From sequence record DRR723986_1335: 33,547 nucleotides of DNA; one strand, given 5' to 3'. Shown here in pieces: positions 9,939 through 17,447 of the stretch (position 1 is its first letter; every line of letters begins with the position of its first letter). Below the pieces are notes generated by a model. It saw only the letters and a list, made by a program, of their open reading frames with translations, was not told the DNA's origin and searched no databases. Position numbers and translations under genes: made by a program.

Positions 9939-10666
9939 TATAATTCCAAGTCTTTTATTAAGGTGTCGTAAAGTGAGCTTGCACCAATTCTAAACAAATT
10001 AGGTTGAAGATAGTCATTACCTAAGATTTCACGGACGATATTCATGTAAGTTAAGGCGTCCTTGGCAGTCCTCACTCCTCCTGACACTTTAATTCCTGTT
10101 TTTTGTTGAGATTTTTTGATTTCATGACACATAATCTTCACGGCATCAGCAGTTGCTCCTGTCGCTGTTTTACCTGTAGAGGTTTTAATAAAATCAACTC
10201 CGCAATCAATTGCAATTTTTGAGACCAATGAAATTTGTTCATGATCTAATTCACCTGACTCAATAATTACTTTGATCCTTTTACCGATAAAAAGATCCTT
10301 GGCTAGCTTTATTTCGTTTAAAGTAAATTCTTTATTGCCGCAGATTAATTCTCCCTGATTAATAACAATATCAACTTCGTTTACCTGGCTTGCTGCTATA
10401 ACTTCAAATTCCTTTTTTTTCTGTTCTAGACTTGCTTGGCCGGAAGGGAAATAGCCTGCAACTACGGCCGAATTTATATTTGAATTTAATTGCTGTGTGA
10501 GTTGATCTGCATAACACGCAAATGTGCAAACAGCTGCAGGATGAACGTTTTGATGCCCAGCGTTGGCTTTTTTGATGAGCGTCTGAATAGAAAACTGGTT
10601 GTCCAGATTGCTCAGGCTCGTGAGGTCAATTAATTTTAGGGTTCGAGTGATTTCGTCTTGATTCAT
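9938..10666 (-). CDS. deoC: Deoxyribose-phosphate aldolase
   Basis: LIDLTSL, EVDIVIN, KVIIESGEL, DFIKTSTGK, GIKVSGGVR and RIGASSL motifs. Start taken at ATG 10666 (MNQDEI); TAATG overlap with cysQ. Confidence 0.93.
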   Translation of the reverse strand: MNQDEITRTLKLIDLTSLSNLDNQFSIQTLIKKANAGHQNVHPAAVCTFACYADQLTQQLNSNINSAVVAGYFPSGQASLEQKKKEFEVIAASQVNEVDIVINQGELICGNKEFTLNEIKLAKDLFIGKRIKVIIESGELDHEQISLVSKIAIDCGVDFIKTSTGKTATGATADAVKIMCHEIKKSQQKTGIKVSGGVRTAKDALTYMNIVREILGNDYLQPNLFRIGASSLYDTLIKDLEL

Positions 10667-10669
10667 GTC

Positions 10670-10717
10670 AAAAAAAAAACCCTGTCTCTTCCACGATTTG
10701 AAGAAAAGACAGGGTTT
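10670..10717 (-). terminator. Intrinsic terminator downstream of tonB
   Basis: Inverted repeat AAACCCTGTCT (10677-10687) / AGACAGGGTTT (10707-10717), followed on the minus strand by 10 T. Confidence 0.8.
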
Positions 10718-10734
10718 CAATATTGTTTAGTTTT

Positions 10735-11403
10735 TTATCCTAATCTGAAGTGGATAGGAAGTGTGTATCTTACTCTTACCTTTTTTCCAGCTTGTTCACC
10801 TGGAGTCCATTTAGGCATTCTTTTTACAACTCTCTTCGCTTCATCATCTAAAGCATCAGAAACACCTCTCATTATTTTTACTTGCTCAATTGAACCATCT
10901 TTGTTCACAACGAATTGAACGTAAACAATTCCTTGCTCACCCATTTCAACAGCTAATTGAGGATACTCAATGTGCTCTTGAATCCATGTCATCATTGCGC
11001 CTTCTCCACCCGGGAATGTCGGTTCAACTTCTGCGAAGTCTGCAATTGGCTCTTCTTCAATTACAACTGGTTCATCATCTTGAGGGATTTCCTCAATGTT
11101 TTCAGTTTCAATTTCAAATTCTTCAATTTCAACGTCATCTTCAACCACTTCAATTTCTTCAATTACTGGTGGTGGTGGTGCTTGTTCTGGCTCCGGCTCC
11201 GGCTCCTCTTCAGGCATTTCTATATCAAATACAAGTTCATCTTGCATTGTGTTCTTTTCGATTTCTGCAACTTTTTCTTCCGGATTAGCCACCTCATAAG
11301 TGAAGGCCATTAAGATTACCGAAGAAATCATTACTAAACCAATTAAGAAGAAAGATGCTTTTGATCTCTCTAAATCCGCCTCTTTGGATTTTTTTGCTTC
11401 CAT
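10735..11403 (-). CDS. tonB: Energy transducer TonB family protein
   Basis: N-terminal TM helix, acidic Pro-rich linker (EPEPEPEQAPPPP) and TonB_C domain (YPQLAVEMGEQGIVYVQFVV...WTPGEQAGKKVRVRYTLPIHF). Confidence 0.92.
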   Translation of the reverse strand: MEAKKSKEADLERSKASFFLIGLVMISSVILMAFTYEVANPEEKVAEIEKNTMQDELVFDIEMPEEEPEPEPEQAPPPPVIEEIEVVEDDVEIEEFEIETENIEEIPQDDEPVVIEEEPIADFAEVEPTFPGGEGAMMTWIQEHIEYPQLAVEMGEQGIVYVQFVVNKDGSIEQVKIMRGVSDALDDEAKRVVKRMPKWTPGEQAGKKVRVRYTLPIHFRLG

Positions 11404-11460
11404 AATAACATTGTTGTTGAACGCTAAATTACAAAAATTTAATTCAATTTAGGTTCTAGA

Positions 11461-11850
11461 TTAAACTAATTTTCTACCTATCAAAGTATAACTGATAACT
11501 CCAAAAACTGTACCAATTGTATTTACAACGACATCTTCGAGATCATAGTATCTCCGATAAATAAAATTACCTTGTATTAACTCTACAGAATAACCGATAA
11601 TTATTCCAGCTAAAACTATCCCTAGGTACAATCTAAAATTAGATAGGTTCATTTTTTTTTCAATTTTGTTTTTTTTGGTAGATAAAAATCCAATTAGCAT
11701 CAAGAAAGCTAATCCAAAATAAAAACAAAAGTGCGCTAGGCTGCTAATAGAAATCAGTTCCCATTCTATTACAGGCAGTTGATCTCCAGGTGTTAAACTT
11801 AGAGACAAAATAAGGGCTAACCAAATAACCCAAGGAAGATGAAATTTCAG
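11461..11850 (-). CDS. VanZ family membrane protein
   Basis: AHFCFYF, ELIQG and DVVVNTIG VanZ-like motifs. The frame stays open upstream of TTG 11808 to CTG 11850 (KFHLPWVIWLALILSLSLTPG), so the start is uncertain. Confidence 0.78.
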   Translation of the reverse strand: MKFHLPWVIWLALILSLSLTPGDQLPVIEWELISISSLAHFCFYFGLAFLMLIGFLSTKKNKIEKKMNLSNFRLYLGIVLAGIIIGYSVELIQGNFIYRRYYDLEDVVVNTIGTVFGVISYTLIGRKLV

Positions 11851-11854
11851 CGAA

Positions 11855-12232
11855 TTAGCCGATTAATTCTTGGTAAGCATCTGCAGATAGCAAACCATCT
11901 AATTCAGACGAATCAGAGATTTTTACCTTGATCAACCAACCTTGTCCGTATGCATCAGAATTGATAACCTCTGGGTTAGATTCTATTTCTTCGTTGATTT
12001 CAGTTACCTCACCACCAATTGGCATAAAAAGGTCAGAAACGGTTTTCACAGCTTCAATTGATCCAAATACCTCCTCAGCATCTAAAGTTTCACCTTCAGT
12101 TTCAATCTCTACATATACGATATCTCCTAATTCTCCTTGAGCAAAATCAGTAATTCCAATAGTTGCAATATCACCATCTACTTTTACCCATTCATGGTCT
12201 TTCGTATATTTTAAATCAGCTGGTACATTCAT
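11855..12232 (-). CDS. gcvH: Glycine cleavage system H protein
   Basis: [26 protein letters not shown] and the lipoyl-Lys motif IEAVKTVSD. Confidence 0.98.
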   Translation of the reverse strand: MNVPADLKYTKDHEWVKVDGDIATIGITDFAQGELGDIVYVEIETEGETLDAEEVFGSIEAVKTVSDLFMPIGGEVTEINEEIESNPEVINSDAYGQGWLIKVKISDSSELDGLLSADAYQELIG

Positions 12233-12255
12233 TTCTTAAGTATTAAATATTTGGA

Positions 12256-12263
12256 CAAATTTA
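12256..12263 (-). promoter_or_regulatory. -7 promoter element for gcvH
   Basis: Minus-strand TAAATTTG, about 23 nt upstream of the ATG. Confidence 0.7.
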
Positions 12264-12347
12264 AAATAATATTCAAACAATCATCTCGCAAAATAAAGAA
12301 TCAACACAATTCTGCTCTGGTATTAAAAAAATTCTAATTTTTGTACT

Positions 12348-13433
12348 ATGATTACGCAAGAACAATTGAAAGATTTTGAGAGAAGAGTTCAAGAGCTTCA
12401 CGGCTATTTGAAGATTGAAGAGAAAGAAATGCAAATTCAAGAGGATGAGTTGCGTTCTCAAGACCCTACTTTTTGGGATAATCCTAAAGAGGCTGAAGCT
12501 CTAATGAAAAAGTTAAGAACCAAAAAGACTTGGGTGGAAGACTACGAAAAAGTTAAAACCAGTTTAGAAGATCTTAACGTTTTACTTGAGTTTCACGAAA
12601 TGGGCGAAACATCTGAAGCTGAAATAGATGCTCATGTTGAAAAATCAATGATTTTTCTTGAAGAACTTGAATTTAAAAATATGCTTTCTTCTGAGGAGGA
12701 TAATTTCAATGCCGTACTCCAAATTACTTCTGGAGCTGGAGGAACAGAAAGTTGTGATTGGGCCTCCATGTTGATGAGGATGTATATCATGTGGGGAGAA
12801 AAAAACGGATATAAAGTAAAAGAGTTAAACTATAATCCTGGTGATGTTGCAGGAGTTAAACAAGTTACCTTACAGTTTGACGGAGATTTTGCTTTTGGAT
12901 ACTTAAAAGGAGAAAATGGTGTTCACCGATTGGTTAGAATATCACCCTTTGATTCAAACGCGAAACGTCATACTTCATTTGCTTCTGTTTATGTTTATCC
13001 TTTAGTTGATGATTCAATAGAAATTCATATCAATCCAGCAGATATTAGTTTTGAAACCTTTCGTTCAGGAGGTGCTGGTGGTCAAAACGTGAACAAAGTT
13101 GAAACTGCCGTGCGTTTAAGACATGAACCTTCTGGAATCATAATTGAGAATTCAGAGTCACGTTCACAGTTGACCAATAAAGAAAAAGCCATGCAATTAT
13201 TGAAATCTCAATTATATGAATTAGAGATGAGAGAAAGAATGGCAAAGCAGAATGAAATTGAGGCTGGAAAAATGAAGATTGAGTGGGGTTCTCAAATACG
13301 TAACTATGTTATGCAGCCTTATAAATTAGTGAAGGATGTTAGAACTGGTCATGAAACATCTAATGTAGACGCCGTGATGAATGGTGAAATAGATGAATTT
13401 TTAAAGTCGTTCTTGATGGCTCTCAATGAGTAA
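12348..13433 (+). CDS. prfB: Peptide chain release factor 2, encoded in one uninterrupted frame
   Basis: SPF anticodon-mimic (RISPFDS), GGQ motif (GAGGQNVNK) and WGSQIRNYV. Confidence 0.97.
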   Translation: MITQEQLKDFERRVQELHGYLKIEEKEMQIQEDELRSQDPTFWDNPKEAEALMKKLRTKKTWVEDYEKVKTSLEDLNVLLEFHEMGETSEAEIDAHVEKSMIFLEELEFKNMLSSEEDNFNAVLQITSGAGGTESCDWASMLMRMYIMWGEKNGYKVKELNYNPGDVAGVKQVTLQFDGDFAFGYLKGENGVHRLVRISPFDSNAKRHTSFASVYVYPLVDDSIEIHINPADISFETFRSGGAGGQNVNKVETAVRLRHEPSGIIIENSESRSQLTNKEKAMQLLKSQLYELEMRERMAKQNEIEAGKMKIEWGSQIRNYVMQPYKLVKDVRTGHETSNVDAVMNGEIDEFLKSFLMALNE

Positions 13434-13467
13434 TTACATCATTCTTTTTAGAACTTTAAAAAATCTA

Positions 13468-13475
13468 TATCTTTG
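13468..13475 (+). promoter_or_regulatory. -7 promoter element for the panD operon
   Basis: TATCTTTG(CA), 35 nt upstream of the panD ATG. Confidence 0.72.
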
Positions 13476-13510
13476 CACCGCCTTTTAATTAGGGATTAAA
13501 CAGATTCATA

Positions 13511-13864
13511 ATGATCATAGAAGTTGTAAGTTCAAAAATTCACCGTGTAACCGTTACTCAGGCCGACCTGAATTATATCGGATCAATTACAATAGACGAA
13601 GATTTAATTGATGCCTCAGGACTTGTTGAAGGGCAAAAGGTGCAGATTGTAAATCTAAACAATGGTGAACGTATTGAAACTTACGTAATCGTAGGTGAAA
13701 GAGGTTCAGGAACTATTTGTTTGAACGGCCCTGCGGCAAGAAGAACGGCCGTTGGAGATATCGTTATTATCATTGGTTACGGTCAAATGACGGTTGAAGA
13801 GGCGAAAGTTTTTAAACCAACACTAATTTTCCCAAATACGGAGACGAATAAACTAGAGAACTAA
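13511..13864 (+). CDS. panD: Aspartate 1-decarboxylase
   Basis: SKIHRVTVT, the YIG|SITID autocleavage site and ICLNGPAAR. Confidence 0.97.
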   Translation: MIIEVVSSKIHRVTVTQADLNYIGSITIDEDLIDASGLVEGQKVQIVNLNNGERIETYVIVGERGSGTICLNGPAARRTAVGDIVIIIGYGQMTVEEAKVFKPTLIFPNTETNKLEN

Positions 13865-13918
13865 GCTGAAACACTATTTTTCAGTTTTATTCGTTAATGG
13901 TTCAATTCACATTATTTA

Positions 13919-14965
13919 ATGAAGTCTAAAATAATTTCAGCTTTAAAGATTATCCTGCCTTTAGGCTTTGGAGTCTTTTTGATTTGGCTGTTTTATGATG
14001 CTTTGTGTGAAGATGATAAGGCCGACTTGTTTTCTGCATTTGGTAGAGCAAATTATTTTTGGGTATTTCTCGCTTTGGTGTTTAGTTTCTTAAGTCATGT
14101 AAGTCGCGCGGTAAGATGGAAGTATTTGCTGCAGCCTTTAGGTTATAAAGTACGGTTTTGGAATTCTTATCATGCCCTGATGATCGGTTATGTAGTCAAT
14201 CTAATTTTTCCTAGAGCAGGAGAAGCTTCAAGGGCTGGAATATTAGCAAAATCTGAAAAAGTTCCTTTCCAAAAAGGTTTTGGGACCATTCTTGCAGAAA
14301 GAGCAGTGGATGTTGGCATGTTAGGAATCATTTGTTTGATTGGATTGGGCATGCAAATCGACAAGATTGACGCTTTTAAAATGAAAATCGCGAGTTTCAA
14401 TTCTGGAGAGGCTGGTTGTGGAAATTCCATGATTTTCTCAATACTTGGAAAAGTGGTGACCTATGGAGTTTTATTAGGCGTTATAGGCGTTATCATTTTA
14501 GTGATTGCAAAAAAATCTTTCAGAGAAAAAATAAAAACTTTTGTTTTAGGACTGTGGGAAGGAATTATTTCCATTTTTAAAACAGATGGCAAAATACCTT
14601 TTATCGCGCACACCCTGTTTATATGGGTAATGTACGTGTTGATGTTTGCAGTTTGCTTTTATTCTTTAGAAACCACTGCAGTACTGGGAATTGATGCTAT
14701 GCTTGCTGGATTTATTGCAGGAACAATCGGTATCATTTTAGTTCAAGGAGGAATTGGGGTTTATCCGGCTTTTGTTGGGTTAATCGTAACGACTTATTTA
14801 GCGCCAAATGAACCAGGCGTTTTACCAGATGCACTTGCCTTAGGCTGGATTATTTGGACATCACAAACTCTGTTGATGATAATTTTAGGTTTAATTTCAA
14901 TGGCCCTTAACGCTAAAAATGTTAAATTCAACAACAATGAGTTGGCGAACGAAAATCCAGAATAA
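13919..14965 (+). CDS. Lysylphosphatidylglycerol synthase TM / flippase-like (UPF0104) membrane protein
   Basis: [32 protein letters not shown] and QGGIGVY motifs; multiple TM helices. Confidence 0.85.
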   Translation: MKSKIISALKIILPLGFGVFLIWLFYDALCEDDKADLFSAFGRANYFWVFLALVFSFLSHVSRAVRWKYLLQPLGYKVRFWNSYHALMIGYVVNLIFPRAGEASRAGILAKSEKVPFQKGFGTILAERAVDVGMLGIICLIGLGMQIDKIDAFKMKIASFNSGEAGCGNSMIFSILGKVVTYGVLLGVIGVIILVIAKKSFREKIKTFVLGLWEGIISIFKTDGKIPFIAHTLFIWVMYVLMFAVCFYSLETTAVLGIDAMLAGFIAGTIGIILVQGGIGVYPAFVGLIVTTYLAPNEPGVLPDALALGWIIWTSQTLLMIILGLISMALNAKNVKFNNNELANENPE

Positions 14966-15437
14966 AATCCATTATCAAAGATCTGCTAAAGTAGATTTTC
15001 CAGCAGATAAAAAAATTGTTTTTACGAATGGATGTTTTGATATACTTCATAAAGGTCATGTAGAATATTTGGCACAAGCTGCTGATTTGGGTGATTTTCT
15101 GGTTGTTGGAATCAATTCAGACGCATCTGTTAGAAATCAAGGTAAAGGAGAAGAAAGGCCTATCAATAAGATTGAAGCGAGAGCAACCGTTTTAGCCGCT
15201 CTGTCTTTTGTAGATTATGTTATAGAGTTTGATTCGGATACTCCTTTGCGCTTGATAGAAACTATTAAACCAGATGTTTTAGTCAAAGGGGGTGATTATG
15301 ACCCAAACGAAGAAAATCCGAAAAGTAAAAAATATATCGTTGGACGCGATATTGTTCTGGCTAAAAATGGAGTGGTAAAAACAATTGATTTAGTACAAGG
15401 ATATTCCACGACATCCCTCATAAACAAAATGAAATAA
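14937..15437 (+). CDS. rfaE2: D-glycero-beta-D-manno-heptose 1-phosphate adenylyltransferase (stand-alone HldE C-terminal type)
   Basis: [33 protein letters not shown] and GYSTTSLI motifs. Start taken at ATG 14937. Confidence 0.88.
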   Translation: MSWRTKIQNKIHYQRSAKVDFPADKKIVFTNGCFDILHKGHVEYLAQAADLGDFLVVGINSDASVRNQGKGEERPINKIEARATVLAALSFVDYVIEFDSDTPLRLIETIKPDVLVKGGDYDPNEENPKSKKYIVGRDIVLAKNGVVKTIDLVQGYSTTSLINKMK

Positions 15438-15763
15438 TGACAATTAAAGAAGCGCAAGAGCTAGTAGATAATTGGATTAAAGAATATGGCGTTCGTTATT
15501 TTAATGAGCTCACGAATATGGCTCAATTGACTGAAGAAGTAGGGGAGGTCGCTCGAATAATTGCGAGAAGGTATGGTGAGCAATCAGAAAAAGAATCTGA
15601 TAAAAACAAAGACCTGGGTGATGAAATGGCAGATGTCCTGTGGGTACTTATTTGTTTGGCAAATCAAACCGGAATTGACTTAGAAGAGGCCCTAAAAAAA
15701 AATCTGGACAAAAAAACCAAGAGAGACAACACCCGTCACAAAGAAAATAAAAAGTTGCAGTAG
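15437..15763 (+). CDS. MazG-like nucleotide pyrophosphohydrolase
   Basis: LTEEVGEVAR and DEMADVLWVLICLANQTGIDL motifs; TAATG coupling with the upstream gene. Confidence 0.92.
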   Translation: MTIKEAQELVDNWIKEYGVRYFNELTNMAQLTEEVGEVARIIARRYGEQSEKESDKNKDLGDEMADVLWVLICLANQTGIDLEEALKKNLDKKTKRDNTRHKENKKLQ

Positions 15764-15777
15764 GACTTTAGTTTGTT

Positions 15778-15785
15778 TACATTTG
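15778..15785 (+). promoter_or_regulatory. -7 promoter element for the T9SS cargo gene
   Basis: TACATTTG, 20 nt upstream of ATG 15806. Confidence 0.65.
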
Positions 15786-15805
15786 AAATACCCAGAATGT
15801 AACTT

Positions 15806-17440
15806 ATGAAATATCTTATCTCGCTCAGTTTAATGATGAGCAGTTTTTTATCGCTGACTCAGATAAATGCAAATGTAGCTGCTTACCCGCCTTGCGACTT
15901 TCCTTGTACAGGATTCGCTCTTATTGATTTTGAGGACTCAGCAGATAATTCACCCTATTCTATATACGTTTACCATCAGGACGCAACTAATCCCGCTAAT
16001 GTTCAGGATTCAGTTCTAAATATTACATCCAATGATACAGTGATTTATTTTAATGGTTTGTGTTTTCAAGGGGATAAGATAGTGGTTCTAATTGATGCCA
16101 ATGGAGATTCTACAGAGTTTACAGCCGTTCCGCCTTATTATTCACTAACGGGAAGTCTCGGTGATTGTAGTTGCCCTAACAATCAGGCTTTTTGTACTGC
16201 CTCAGGTGGAATCCCACCATATACATATTCATTAAACTATATGGGAGGTGCTGAGACTGTTGTGAGCTCAAGTGGTTTTGTGGTCTTTGATAGTTTACCT
16301 TGCCCAACATCTAATATGAGTTTAACGATTTCAGATCAATCTGGCTGCCAAGTTTATTATACTCCATTGATAGATGCAGGATGTGGGGCACCCTATGACC
16401 CGAATTGTCTGAAAGAAATCGAGTTGACCGGAGTAAACGCTTCAGACACTTCTGCCTGTGACGGTTACATTATTTGGAATTTAATAGGTATAGATACAAC
16501 TGTGGCGCATGAGTTAATTATTCACTCGTACCTAACCGGTTTTTCAGATACGCTTGAGTTGATTCCGGGCGAGACTTCAGATACCATTTTTAATTTATGT
16601 GCAACATATTATCAACTAAAACTTGACCTCGACAGTGCTTGTTCTGATATTTCTTCTATTACAATTTATGATTATGAAGAAGAGCCAACAGCCGTTTTGG
16701 TTGCAGAATCAACAGATTCATTGGTAAGTTGCGATAATTGTAATGGTATTATTGAATGGACTTATGATGATGATTATTCAAATGGAGATTATACAATTGT
16801 ATTGACCGATTCCTTAAATAATTTAGTTCAATCGGATACTTTTCCGTGGAATCATACATCTGGTGTGTTTTCGGGCTTGTGTCCAGATGATTACAATCTT
16901 ACTGTTTTCGATTCCAACGGAGATTCTATTTATTCTAATGTGAGTGTGATTTCTAATTCAGTTCCAATTAGTTTAGATACTTTAAGTTTCAATCATCCGA
17001 ATACAGGTTTGAATGATGGAATTATTGAAGTCCAAGGTTTTGGTGGTAGTCCAACTTATTCATATAGCATTGATGGTGGTGCGACTTGGCAAAATTCAGG
17101 TTTGTTCGCGGGTCTTGATGCAGGGACGTATACAGTAATTGTTTCGGATACCTTAGGTTGCGAATCAGAACTCATATTTAATTTGAGTTACGGAGATGTA
17201 GGTTTCAATGATCTAAATAACAATCTTAATATTTTTCCTAATCCCACAGATTCTTATTTTCAGGTAAGCTGGAGTGAAGTTTCAGTTTTTGATGTTTACA
17301 TATTCAATATGGATGGTAGGTTAGTTGAAACTATTCTTGGAGCATCAGATGCTGCTGAAATCACTGTGCCAACCGGCCTCTATGTTATTGAATTGAGATC
17401 AGGCGGTGATACGATTAGAGCAAAGGTGTTGAAGAACTAG
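15806..17440 (+). CDS. Secreted Cys-rich SprB-repeat-like protein with T9SS type A C-terminal sorting domain
   Basis: Signal peptide; repeats such as ASGGIPPYTYS, GGSPTYSYSIDGG...FAGLDAGTYTVIVSDTLGC and FSGLCPDDYNLTVFDSNG; CTD IFPNPT...IFNMDGRLV...GLYVIEL...KVLKN. Confidence 0.85.
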   Translation: MKYLISLSLMMSSFLSLTQINANVAAYPPCDFPCTGFALIDFEDSADNSPYSIYVYHQDATNPANVQDSVLNITSNDTVIYFNGLCFQGDKIVVLIDANGDSTEFTAVPPYYSLTGSLGDCSCPNNQAFCTASGGIPPYTYSLNYMGGAETVVSSSGFVVFDSLPCPTSNMSLTISDQSGCQVYYTPLIDAGCGAPYDPNCLKEIELTGVNASDTSACDGYIIWNLIGIDTTVAHELIIHSYLTGFSDTLELIPGETSDTIFNLCATYYQLKLDLDSACSDISSITIYDYEEEPTAVLVAESTDSLVSCDNCNGIIEWTYDDDYSNGDYTIVLTDSLNNLVQSDTFPWNHTSGVFSGLCPDDYNLTVFDSNGDSIYSNVSVISNSVPISLDTLSFNHPNTGLNDGIIEVQGFGGSPTYSYSIDGGATWQNSGLFAGLDAGTYTVIVSDTLGCESELIFNLSYGDVGFNDLNNNLNIFPNPTDSYFQVSWSEVSVFDVYIFNMDGRLVETILGASDAAEITVPTGLYVIELRSGGDTIRAKVLKN

Positions 17441-17447
17441 CTCCTTT

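Noticed and set aside
11166-11210. Short tandem repeats (GGT)n and (GGCTCC)x3
   Set aside because: They encode the ordinary PPPP / EPEPEP linker of TonB.
15437-15763. MazG-like gene as an anti-phage or toxin-antitoxin component
   Set aside because: It looks like the conserved housekeeping small MazG-like protein in a core operon, with no toxin or defence partner nearby.
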